This document shows, one piece after another, positions 26,677-35,412 of a stretch of DNA of 64,000 bases. The notes beneath the pieces are model-generated. The model was given only the letters and a program-made list of their open reading frames with translations, was not told the DNA's origin and did no database searches. The stretch is from Candidatus Poseidoniaceae archaeon (GTDB lineage Archaea; Thermoplasmatota; Poseidoniia; Poseidoniales; Poseidoniaceae): assembly GCA_949373095.1 (NCBI GenBank), contig CASIBY010000001.1, forward strand, positions 1,467-65,466. Reading direction: 5' to 3'. The translations under genes and the position numbers were made by a program. Within the stretch, counting starts at the first letter, position 1. The number at the start of each line of letters is the position of its first letter.

Positions 26677-26854
26677 TAACTCAACCGTTGAATGGTTTGT
26701 CAACGGAACATATGTGGCAAACACGACCACCTACGGCGCAAACCTCGCCAACGGTTCTACAATTATGTGCATCCTGACACCATACGACGATATGTACTGG
26801 GGTGTTCCTGTAGAATCTAACACTCTGTTGATTGCTGTTGAAAACCAATCGTGA
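26669..26854 (+). other. Out-of-frame (+1) continuation of the repeat-protein gene: a beta-sandwich-like C-terminal segment
   Basis: The frame-2 translation DTDNSTVEWFVNGTYVANTTTYGANLANGSTIMCILTPYDDMYWGVPVESNTLLI reads as the second half of the domain begun by ...SVYSLNYVFYDGQNG in frame 1. The frame-1 stop is at 26674-26676. Confidence 0.5.
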
Positions 26855-26916
26855 TGGCCTCCAACTTCCCTAAAATGAAGTGGAGTCTTTTTAGGAGTCC
26901 GAGATAAGTTCTCATC

Positions 26917-28981
26917 ATGGCACAGTCTTGGAGGTTCGATGGTTTTCCCGGGCGCGTGCTTTGGGTTGATTTGACCAAAGGAACTTGTGAAGAGCGAATC
27001 ATTCCACACGAATGGTGTCTTTCGTCGATGGGAGGCAAGGCACTTGCCACCAAACTTCTTGTTGAATGGGATACAACTGACTACGTTTCTGCGACAAAAC
27101 AGATTCATCCTGTAACTGGAAAAATGGATGCTGCATCGCACCCGACGACCCCACTTTTGTTCATGACGGGCCCTTACCAAGCTTCCAAGATTGGGTCCTC
27201 AGGGCGCGCTGTGGTCGTCACTCGGTCTCCCTTAACCGAGTGTTATATTGACACTTACATCGGAGGCAACATTGGTCATGACCTGCGAAAAGCAGGATGG
27301 GACGGTCTCTTTATCACTGGTGCAAGCGAACGCTGGGTGCGCCTTGAAATCAATGACGAGCAAGCTCGACCTCCATGATGCAGAACCGTTGCTGGGGCTT
27401 TCCACCTGGGAAGTTGAGAAACATCTTGATGAACTCGGCGAATGCCTTTCTATCGGTCCTGCGGGTGAAAACGGAATTCGCATTGCGTCCCCTTTGACCG
27501 CTGGAAGGCGTGCGGCAGGGCGCGGAGGAACGGGCGCTTCATTCGGATTCAAACGTCTCAAAGCCGTTACTATCAAAGCAAGTTCTGAATCTTCATCCAT
27601 GGTCCGGTATTCAAACGATTTTTCCCTTGGCGATGCTGTCAAAAAGCAGCGGAGTGAAATGGGTTTGCGCAGGAAGTCGGGGGACCCATTCTACAGTTTT
27701 GGGACAAGTCGAGGCCCACTCTATGCTGCTGAGAACGGGCGAATGCCAACCGCAAATTACGCATCAACAGACGCACAAATGCCCGACCTCTCTACGCTCA
27801 AAGCAGGAGGAGGCAAAGGTGGCCAAACGGCAGAGGCAGTTCGAAAGGGAGCAACTCCAGTTCCAATTCAAACCAAACTATCAACTCATGAACTCTCAGG
27901 TGAACACTGGCACGAATCATTGCCCAACGCCAAACAATCAGGATGCTGTGCCCCATGTCCTATTGCTTGTGAGGCTGCTGACCGTCCGGTCATTGACGGG
28001 AAGAAATTCCGCGGCCGACCGGTTCATATGAATCGTGTTGACCGGCCTGAATACGAAACCTTGGCGATGTTGGGTTCCAATCTTGGCATCGGTTCTAGTC
28101 TTGATGTGATGGATGGAAACGATGCGTGCAACCGGCTGGGTATGGATACCATTTCCTCTGGTGCTGCGCTCTCATTTGTATGCGAGGCAACAGAACGAGG
28201 ATGGCTGCATGACTCCTGGGCTGACCATTTCCATGCACCATTTGATTTCGGTTCGTTCAAGGAGGGAGATGTTGTTCCATGGCGGTTTGGTATTCCAGAA
28301 TTACCGCCATTAGCTCTTCATCTCTTGGCTCATGCAACTCCAGGGGATGGGACGCTCTTTGGAACACTCACTGCGGGTGCTGTCGGTATGAGTGAGTGGA
28401 TGGAGAATGAAACTGGCCATCCAACCACACGCCTAACCGCTCACTGCAAAGGGCTAGATTTGCCGGCTTGGGATCCACGTGGGAAGCGTGGAAATGCCAT
28501 GGCGTACATGACGTCTAACGTTGGGGCCAATCACATGCGTGCGAATTACAAGGATCCAACAGGACTTCCAAATCGCTCTGCAGTTGACCTCATGGGTGAA
28601 CTTGTCATCAGCCAGCACAGCATTGTGATTCGTGATTCTATGATTTTGTGTGCCTTTGCAAAAGGCGCTACGCCCGACCACATCATGCTTGATGCATGGA
28701 ATGCAATTACGGGTGAGGGTTGTGAATGGAGTGACCTCATGCAGCGGGCTCAAGTTCAGTGGGACGCTGCCCGTCAGTGGAATGTGGACCATTGGTTGCG
28801 CCAAGGTAAAGATGCAAAACAAGAGGACCTGCTTTCATGGCGACTGCGGAATGAACCCGTAACGAGTGGCGTTGCATCAGGGATGGTTTCATTCGTCGAT
28901 GAATCTGATGAAGAAGCGTGCATGGCCGAATATTACAGGTACCGAAAATGGAGTCCGGGAGGGTTGCCCATTGGAGCCTGA
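26917..28981 (+). pseudogene. Aldehyde:ferredoxin oxidoreductase (tungsten/molybdopterin AOR family) interrupted by a single-base (+1) frameshift near 27364
   Basis: The N-terminal AOR domain is in frame 1 (26917-27363, ...GWDGLFITGASERWVRLEINDEQ). After base 27364 is skipped, frame 2 continues colinearly (LDLHDAEPLLGLSTWEV...IGPAGENGIRIASP...AAGRGGTGASFGFKRLKAV). The Fe-S ligand motif CAPCPIAC (CxxCxxxC) is present downstream. Confidence 0.8.
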
Positions 28982-29480
28982 AGAAGACATTGAATCCGCA
29001 TCAAAAATCAAACGTAATGCGTTGATTGTTTTCGCTTTGCTTTCTCCTCTTCTCTTGGTGCAGGCATGGATTCTCGGAGCGGCTCCCGATGTACCCTTTG
29101 CAACCATGCCTTCGTGTGAATCGAACAGTCAAAATTGCGCTCACTTAGGTGGAGGAGACACCTTCCGAATGGATGTGGCGCTTAACACAACAAACAATGT
29201 TGAACTGAACACATCCCTTGCCGCTCTTACAGATTGGGTTGTGGAACACGACCTCCGAATACTTGTTGAAGAGTCCGTAGATGGCGAGGAGTACTATATC
29301 CATGCAGTAGCTATTACTCCATTTTGGAGGTTTCCCGACGACGTCGTTGTTCAATTGCGCCAACTGAGTACTGGCGGGACAGAATTTGAACTCCACTCTC
29401 AATCACGGCTCGGGCAGGGCGACCTCGGAGTCAATCCTGACCGCTTGCTTGAATTGCATGCGATTCTAGAAGATGCCTAA
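28971..29480 (+). CDS. DUF1499-like membrane-anchored protein
   Basis: It has an N-terminal TM helix (ALIVFALLSPLLLVQAWILGA) and the C-terminal DUF1499-type signature FPDDVVVQL...HSQSRLGQGDLGVNPDRL. The start is uncertain: the ORF opens at GTG 28866 inside the AOR gene, and TTG 28971 was chosen to limit the overlap. Confidence 0.55.
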   Translation: MEPEEDIESASKIKRNALIVFALLSPLLLVQAWILGAAPDVPFATMPSCESNSQNCAHLGGGDTFRMDVALNTTNNVELNTSLAALTDWVVEHDLRILVEESVDGEEYYIHAVAITPFWRFPDDVVVQLRQLSTGGTEFELHSQSRLGQGDLGVNPDRLLELHAILEDA

Positions 29481-29486
29481 CCTGGC

Positions 29487-30314
29487 TCATCCTTGGACAG
29501 TTTCCAATCCTTCCGTTCCCATATCCCATCCGTAGGGCCATCCCTGTTCATCTACGAACACAATGTTGACGCCATGTCCTGATTTATGAAATCCAATGAG
29601 TTGAATTTCATGGATGCTATGACCACTTGGGGCTTTTCCAAGAATAGGTAGGCGATGGCGTGCGAAGAATGAACGTTTTCGGGGGACGTTTTCTTTGCCT
29701 ACTGCTTTCATTGAGCGACGAGTTCCCTCAACATCATCAAACCATGGAAGAGGGCCTTCAGGAGAAAACCTCAATCCCAAAATCATGTCAATTCCACTGG
29801 TTTCTTGCGCAGCATCTGCATCGGGTCCACTTGGAATCGCTGGTGCGTTTGGATGTGTGTGGAGCCAATGTGTAAATCGTCCCGCTCTTGAGCCCCGCTC
29901 ACTCGAGAACATGTCGTCCGTCCAATCCTCTGGAAGATGATGGACTGAGTAAGAATCTCCCCGATTTACAATGTGTGCTTCACTGATGACGTAGCCCTGC
30001 CCTTGGAACAAATTTCTATGAACTTCATCACCTGAAAAATACTCATCGACTTGAGGTTTATGGGGTTGATTCGGGTCAATGTCGATCCCAACAAGAATTT
30101 CGTCTGGAAGCGCCTGTAAGGCCCACCAAACGAGCGACTGAAATACATGTCCTGGGACATGAACTTGAGCCATGTAACCGCTACGCTGCTCGTAAGAATC
30201 CCGGTTGTAAGACATCATCAATGCCCCTAACCATTCCTCCACCATGAACTGCCCAAGGAGAAGTTCATCATCAAGGGTCCGACGAGGACAATCTTTGAAA
30301 AAGGGTAATGTCAA
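29487..30314 (-). CDS. Stand-alone JAMM/MPN+ (JAB) metalloprotease with extended N- and C-terminal regions
   Basis: A complete JAMM motif is present: HTHPNAPAIPSGPD (HxHx7Sx2D). An alternative start at M24 (30245) would widen the 9-bp gap to the divergent neighbouring gene. Confidence 0.75.
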   Translation of the reverse strand: MTLPFFKDCPRRTLDDELLLGQFMVEEWLGALMMSYNRDSYEQRSGYMAQVHVPGHVFQSLVWWALQALPDEILVGIDIDPNQPHKPQVDEYFSGDEVHRNLFQGQGYVISEAHIVNRGDSYSVHHLPEDWTDDMFSSERGSRAGRFTHWLHTHPNAPAIPSGPDADAAQETSGIDMILGLRFSPEGPLPWFDDVEGTRRSMKAVGKENVPRKRSFFARHRLPILGKAPSGHSIHEIQLIGFHKSGHGVNIVFVDEQGWPYGWDMGTEGLETVQG

Positions 30315-30323
30315 GGATAAGCC

Positions 30324-31058
30324 ATGGCGAAGAAGAAGGGTGGATTCGGGCGGTTTCTCGGGGCAATCACCGGTAGCCCTTACGAAAAGCTGTTGAAACA
30401 GGTCGACAAACTGACTGAACAGTACAGCGAGGAAGAAGAAGAACTCGCTTCACATCTCGAAGCACTGGTCGACCAAGCAGGCGACCTTTTCGAAGCTGAG
30501 GAAATTGATGAAGAAGAGCATGATCTGCTTATCGAAGCCATTGAAGAAGCCGACCCAGAAGGCCGTGTATTCGGGAAACTAGGGACTGAAGAGGATGCAT
30601 TTTATGCAGGCGACGTACCAAATGCACCCGAACTTGAGATGGGGAAGCGGATTGATCTGGACGACCTCATGAAATCCAAGGGTGACGAATTCACCGGAAG
30701 TTTTGGAAAAGAAGAGTTTGATGAATTTCGTGAAAAAATGACCGATGATTTCTATCAAGAGTCTGACAATGCTATACGTCAAGGTGATCACCAAGCAGAG
30801 ATTCGAACAACAAACCGTGTGTTTGGAGGTGCCGAATCAGATGTTGACGATGCTAAGCGCCGTATTGCCGAAGAATCGGGAATGGCGAACCCCACTGCCG
30901 CCGAAGAAGTTGAGGAAGTTGTTGAAGAAGAATACGAAGACGAAGGTGATGAAAATTATTCCATCGACGAAAACGGTGTTGAATGGTTTGAGGATGAAGA
31001 TGGCTACTGGTGGTATCGAGAAGAAGGCCAGGCTGACTGGCAACCTTACGAAGAGTGA
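30324..31058 (+). CDS. Highly acidic hypothetical protein with a WW-like C-terminal motif
   Basis: It has a basic N-terminus (MAKKKGGFGRF) and a long Glu/Asp-rich body. The C-terminus reads NGVEWFEDEDGYWWYREEGQADWQPYEE. Confidence 0.5.
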   Translation: MAKKKGGFGRFLGAITGSPYEKLLKQVDKLTEQYSEEEEELASHLEALVDQAGDLFEAEEIDEEEHDLLIEAIEEADPEGRVFGKLGTEEDAFYAGDVPNAPELEMGKRIDLDDLMKSKGDEFTGSFGKEEFDEFREKMTDDFYQESDNAIRQGDHQAEIRTTNRVFGGAESDVDDAKRRIAEESGMANPTAAEEVEEVVEEEYEDEGDENYSIDENGVEWFEDEDGYWWYREEGQADWQPYEE

Positions 31059-31396
31059 CCGGGCCAAATGCCCAGTTGTGTCACATTGAATTTGACTGTT
31101 CCATAATTCGCACCGAGTTCAACCATTGCTTGATTTTTAGAGGATTCACTCGACATTGCAACGATGATATCCGGTCTCATGACTTGAGATTCAAGGAGTT
31201 TTTCTAAAACCTCATAACCACTGAGTGGGGCCATAAAATGGTCAAGAAGCAGCACGTCTGGACTGAAGGATTCAATGTGTTCAAGAGCATCACTGGAATC
31301 CCAACGTTGTTGAAATGTCACACCGCTCAAGTCAATTCCTGCAGATACAAACATGGCTTCCATGTCATAGATGTCTTCAAACGCGAGAACTCGCAT
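31046..31396 (-). CDS. Stand-alone response-regulator receiver (CheY-like REC) domain protein
   Basis: It shows an alternating beta/alpha pattern. The putative phospho-acceptor is in PDVLLLDHFMAP and a conserved Ser/Thr position is in IIVAMSS. The N-terminal acidic pair is ED rather than DD. Confidence 0.6.
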   Translation of the reverse strand: MRVLAFEDIYDMEAMFVSAGIDLSGVTFQQRWDSSDALEHIESFSPDVLLLDHFMAPLSGYEVLEKLLESQVMRPDIIVAMSSESSKNQAMVELGANYGTVKFNVTQLGIWPGHSS

Positions 31397-31405
31397 AAGG
31401 TTCCC

Positions 31406-33394
31406 TCATTCTGGAATTGGCTGCTGTTCCCACCATGGTGGAGCAAAGAACCACCGTTCATCGTCCACCGGCCGGTCAATCAATGGCAGACTGAGGGTTG
31501 AAGACGAATCAAAGTTCACATTTAGCCCAATAGTTGCGCACGGGCTAGGAAGGTAGTCTTCTCCGCTCTCGGTAAGGACGATTTCAAGTTGTGAGCCCGC
31601 AGTCAATACGACGTCCATGGGGTTGAATTCCATGAGCATCGTATAGGTTTGGAACGGTAGAGCAGTTTTTGCTTCATAGCCTCCGTCACGATAACGAACA
31701 TCCATTGTTGCATGGCCAAGTCGCAGGCCGTCTCCGTACATGGTTGCAAAGATTTGGCCACCCTGGCACGCTAGTGTATCAACAGAGAGGTGGAGTGTAG
31801 GCATTCCAGAGATGTGAATCGCTTCTTCAAAAGGCTCGAGTTGGAACGAACGTTGATTGTTGGCATTGACCGTACCTCCCGATCCGTCGGCGGTGTCCAG
31901 CGTTACGGGCCACCACGTCATGTCTTCTGGTGGCCAAGTTTCCTCAACGTGCCATTTCCCATCATTTGTTTGGATTTGCACCATAGGTTCAGGTTCCTCT
32001 CCGATATCCTTGAGATAGTAGTTGAACCAAGCAAAGAGTTCGACTGCCCAATCCATTCTGCTCATGTTGGGGTATGCTTCTCTCCCGTAGCCAGACGATA
32101 GTTCGCTGTGTCGGTCTGGCTGGTCTGGGTAATTGTGTGCCCACTGGCCTGAAATTGCTCGGGCATTGATTCCGGCATCCCGAAGCAGCTGATACGTGGG
32201 GAAGGCATGATACGGGTCAACGTTCCAATCTTGAAGTCCCCATACCAAATACACACTTCCTCGATAGTTCTCAAGAACATCTGGAAGGTGGCGTCGTTCG
32301 TCCCAGTAATCGTTCCATTCAGCCCCGCCAAATTCTGCTCCGGCCCATGTGGAAAACGGGTTTAGAGGGCCGATGAGGTCGTCGCTGCACATGCGCATGT
32401 CATCGGTTGTCCCGTCAGTTGTTGCACCCTCGTATAGAGCGTCGTAGAGCATGGCTCTGGATTCTGAGGAGCCGTTACGATAGAACATTTCTTGCACTCC
32501 GATAGAACCGGAAATAGGTACGATCGTCTTCAGATGTTCTGATGGTTGTTGTGCAGCTTCCCAGTTGGTTGTTCCAGCATATGATTTGCCCATCAAGCCT
32601 ACATTACCATTGGACCACTCCTGCTCACCGAGCCAGTCGACAACGGCTTGTATTCCAGTTTGTTCCCCCAAGCCTTTCACATCTTGGCAGTGTGTTGATT
32701 GCCCTGTTCCAAATGTTGAGGCTTGAGCCAAGGCGTATCCGTGAGGGACAAAGGTATCGTAAACCCATTTTCCAACACCGCCGTCAGGCACGGTGTTAGG
32801 GGAGGAGTCATCGCCTACTACCCCTTCTCCACCGAAGTCATAGTACGGATGAATGGTCATGATGACCGGAATTTTCTCGCCTTCTGGGACGTCAGGAAGC
32901 CATAGAGCGACATGCATCAGTGCGTCCCCTGGAAATCCAAGGTCTTGTTCACTTGCAGGCAGGTCAACTTCGATGAAATGTTCCTCGTAAGGTAGGGCCT
33001 CATAGGTTCCATTCACGGGGAGTTGGGCCCGTAGTGTGTCCATAGGGAGGTCCATTGTGTGACGAAGTTCCAGAGGAGTTTCCCACCACTCACCAGAAAA
33101 CGCACCGTTTTCTTTGGCAGATTGAGTGAGGTTTGTACCAAGCGTCATGGCGAGCATGAGGAAAACGATAGAGATGGCTATAGTCGCCCCAGCGGAGAGG
33201 TTCAATTGTCGCCTTCCTTTTCCTTCAACCGGCTCAAATGGAGCCGCTTCGGAGGTCGGAGTTTCAATAAGGTCAGCATCGAGCGTCAAACTCGCACTGA
33301 TGACCTTCCCTACGGCGCTCATGCTACGACGAACGAGTTCAGTCTCAAGAGGCTGACGCTTTGGAGTTTCACGCTGTAGGGTCAGCATCAACAC
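31406..33394 (-). CDS. Membrane-anchored CocE/NonD-family hydrolase (X-Pro dipeptidyl-peptidase, S15-like)
   Basis: It has an N-terminal TM anchor (ATIAISIVFLMLAMTLG). The alpha/beta-hydrolase nucleophile elbow is GLMGKSYAGTT (GxSYxG). A C-terminal beta-sandwich-like region follows. Confidence 0.8.
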   Translation of the reverse strand: MLMLTLQRETPKRQPLETELVRRSMSAVGKVISASLTLDADLIETPTSEAAPFEPVEGKGRRQLNLSAGATIAISIVFLMLAMTLGTNLTQSAKENGAFSGEWWETPLELRHTMDLPMDTLRAQLPVNGTYEALPYEEHFIEVDLPASEQDLGFPGDALMHVALWLPDVPEGEKIPVIMTIHPYYDFGGEGVVGDDSSPNTVPDGGVGKWVYDTFVPHGYALAQASTFGTGQSTHCQDVKGLGEQTGIQAVVDWLGEQEWSNGNVGLMGKSYAGTTNWEAAQQPSEHLKTIVPISGSIGVQEMFYRNGSSESRAMLYDALYEGATTDGTTDDMRMCSDDLIGPLNPFSTWAGAEFGGAEWNDYWDERRHLPDVLENYRGSVYLVWGLQDWNVDPYHAFPTYQLLRDAGINARAISGQWAHNYPDQPDRHSELSSGYGREAYPNMSRMDWAVELFAWFNYYLKDIGEEPEPMVQIQTNDGKWHVEETWPPEDMTWWPVTLDTADGSGGTVNANNQRSFQLEPFEEAIHISGMPTLHLSVDTLACQGGQIFATMYGDGLRLGHATMDVRYRDGGYEAKTALPFQTYTMLMEFNPMDVVLTAGSQLEIVLTESGEDYLPSPCATIGLNVNFDSSSTLSLPLIDRPVDDERWFFAPPWWEQQPIPE

Positions 33395-33830
33395 TTGGAA
33401 TCGCTCGCAAGAGTGCCATGGTATGAAGGAGAATCCCCATGGCGAGGACCGCGTGAATCAACGAAACCCAATGCATCTTAGCAAACATCTCTCCCATGCC
33501 GTATTGAATAACCCACACGAAAAGCAATCCAAACGACATACCCTTGACCTTGGAATTATCAGTCCTAGACATGATGACGAGCGCCACCAAAGCGAGGCAG
33601 GCTAACAAGCCGATTTGAGCGGTCCATGCATGGCTGGAGGCAGTATTGTAATCGTACATTGATGACAAACCGGTCGATGCTTGACTGAGAGTTGTTATAA
33701 TGACGAGGATGACCATCCATCTGGCGTATTTGAGCGTGTTTAGATTGGTTGAAGATTCTTCCATGCTCTGAAATACAACTCCTGCTTTTTGTGTGTAGCG
33801 GTCTTTTCTCTCATCACCCGCACGATTCAT
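33369..33830 (-). CDS. Small four-TM membrane protein, function unknown
   Basis: Four hydrophobic helices are present, with conserved-looking His residues (SSHAWTAQIG, HWVSLIHAVLAMGILLH). It overlaps the start of the downstream peptidase gene. Confidence 0.45.
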   Translation of the reverse strand: MNRAGDERKDRYTQKAGVVFQSMEESSTNLNTLKYARWMVILVIITTLSQASTGLSSMYDYNTASSHAWTAQIGLLACLALVALVIMSRTDNSKVKGMSFGLLFVWVIQYGMGEMFAKMHWVSLIHAVLAMGILLHTMALLRAIPSVDADPTA

Positions 33831-33854
33831 GGGGGAGATGCTCCTAGGACAACC

Positions 33855-34838
33855 ATGACTCGCCCGATGGTGATACGGTCGCTCCTTATGGTGAGCCTGT
33901 TTCTAACCGTCTTGCTCCCCTCAACCATAGGGGCGCAACAACCCCAACCGTTGTGGCGCAGTAACGGCCTTGACCCAACGCAATGGGAGGACCGCCCTGA
34001 GACAGAAGATTCACCGATGATGGATTCGTACAAAGGAAATGCTATCATCAAACTTCAAGTGACCTATCAAGAAGGACATTTATCGGGACAAACCGAGGGG
34101 ACCATCATCATTGAATTGTTTGAACAGTGGGCTCCCATTACAACGGATAACATGATTTCCCATGTTGAATCGGGATTGTATGATGGTATCTTTTTCCACC
34201 GGGTCATCAATGATTTTGTAACTCAGTCGGGTGACCCCACATGCAAAACCGTCGGCGCCTATCCTGCTACAAACCCATCCTGTGGGAGCGGGGGTACAGG
34301 CGAGACCATTCCCCTTGAACTCAACGACAACCTTTCTCACGTAGATGGTGCCCTTGGAATGGCTCGTGGCCAAGAACCAGATTCAGCAGACGCACAATGG
34401 TACATCGCTGAAACAGAGGCCCACAATTTAGACCCTGAAAACCGAGATGACGAAGGCTATGCTACCTTCGGAATCGTCCGGGACGGAATGACACACATCC
34501 GAGCAATTGCTGAGACTCCAACATCAGATGAACCGACAGGAACCGATGTTGACAATCCGTTTTCCTCTGCTGGAAGGCCCCTTTATCAAGCAAAAATCAA
34601 CTCGATGCAAATGATTGGAGTTGCAGACCCAGACGGCACAATTCAGAACCCTCCTGCGGATGAAGTTGAGAGCAATTCCATTGTTGAAACAGCTGTGAAG
34701 GTCCTTACCATCCCGCTTGTTTTGCTGCTATTGGCTGCGATTCCATTTTTTGTCTATCGCGGGCGCAGTGATAATCCTTTAAATATGTACAAAGATGCTG
34801 TTATTATTGATGCAGAACTTGTTGATGACGGGCCGTGA
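33855..34838 (+). CDS. Secreted, membrane-anchored cyclophilin-type peptidyl-prolyl cis-trans isomerase
   Basis: The signal peptide is IRSLLMVSLFLTVLLPSTIGA. The cyclophilin core is FFHRVINDFVTQSGDP...LGMAR. The C-terminal TM helix is LTIPLVLLLLAAIPFFVY. Confidence 0.9.
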   Translation: MTRPMVIRSLLMVSLFLTVLLPSTIGAQQPQPLWRSNGLDPTQWEDRPETEDSPMMDSYKGNAIIKLQVTYQEGHLSGQTEGTIIIELFEQWAPITTDNMISHVESGLYDGIFFHRVINDFVTQSGDPTCKTVGAYPATNPSCGSGGTGETIPLELNDNLSHVDGALGMARGQEPDSADAQWYIAETEAHNLDPENRDDEGYATFGIVRDGMTHIRAIAETPTSDEPTGTDVDNPFSSAGRPLYQAKINSMQMIGVADPDGTIQNPPADEVESNSIVETAVKVLTIPLVLLLLAAIPFFVYRGRSDNPLNMYKDAVIIDAELVDDGP

Positions 34839-34842
34839 TCTT

Positions 34843-35412
34843 ATGGAATTCTCAAATCGGTTCACTCTAGGCTTGGTACTTTGCCTGCTTCTCTCTGGTT
34901 GTATCTCTTCTGAACCAGTTTTAGAGCAACGTGAGAATGCGATGGATGAACCACCTATTGCAGAAGCACAAGGTGTACCCGAATGGACGGCAACTGCCCA
35001 TAATAGTACTCAATTTAACCGAACGATGATGTCACAAGGAGCGTACATCGCTTATTTCTCAGCACCATGGTGTTCACATTGTGAAGCCACCCTCGATGCT
35101 TACGACCACGTGATTCCGAATGGCCAAATGATGGTTTTTTCCCAAGATGATGATCCGGAATTTTCCAACATGAGTGCGTGGCACGAAACTACAGAATCCA
35201 ATCTCAATCGGTCCATTGAACGACCGTTCATGCTCATGCCGGAGTTTGCGACTGAAATGGGTGTTATGTCAATCCCCCACGTCGCTTTTGTCAACGAACA
35301 AGGGTATATTTTCCAAACCGAAATTGGAAAGCGAACGAATCAAACCATGATCGGAGAGATATGGAATGCAACATTGAACTCAAGCTATAACACAACAACT
35401 GGATGGTCATGA
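34843..35412 (+). CDS. Thioredoxin-fold lipoprotein (extracytoplasmic thiol:disulfide oxidoreductase)
   Basis: It has a lipobox (LVLCLLLSGC) and the thioredoxin active site FSAPWCSHCEA (WCxxC). Confidence 0.75.
   Translation: MEFSNRFTLGLVLCLLLSGCISSEPVLEQRENAMDEPPIAEAQGVPEWTATAHNSTQFNRTMMSQGAYIAYFSAPWCSHCEATLDAYDHVIPNGQMMVFSQDDDPEFSNMSAWHETTESNLNRSIERPFMLMPEFATEMGVMSIPHVAFVNEQGYIFQTEIGKRTNQTMIGEIWNATLNSSYNTTTGWS

Noticed and set aside
26020-26730. A 236-aa ORF on the minus strand opposite the repeat-protein gene
   Set aside because: It lies entirely antisense to a CDS with strong repeat conservation and synonymous-site variation on the plus strand. Its own translation is low-complexity and Arg/Ser/Val-rich with no motifs. 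Long antisense ORFs are expected by chance in repeats that lack stop codons in the mirrored frame.
27510-28031. A 173-aa ORF in an alternative plus-strand frame inside the AOR gene
   Set aside because: The AOR frame carries clear family motifs throughout this span. The alternative frame has no recognisable features and is a typical shadow ORF.
28866-28981. A possible third frameshift joining the AOR C-terminus to the DUF1499-like ORF (116-bp same-strand overlap)
   Set aside because: The AOR ends at a position comparable to characterised AORs (…YYRYRKW…). The downstream ORF starts a new TM-anchored protein with its own family signature. An internal TTG/ATG start explains the overlap more simply.
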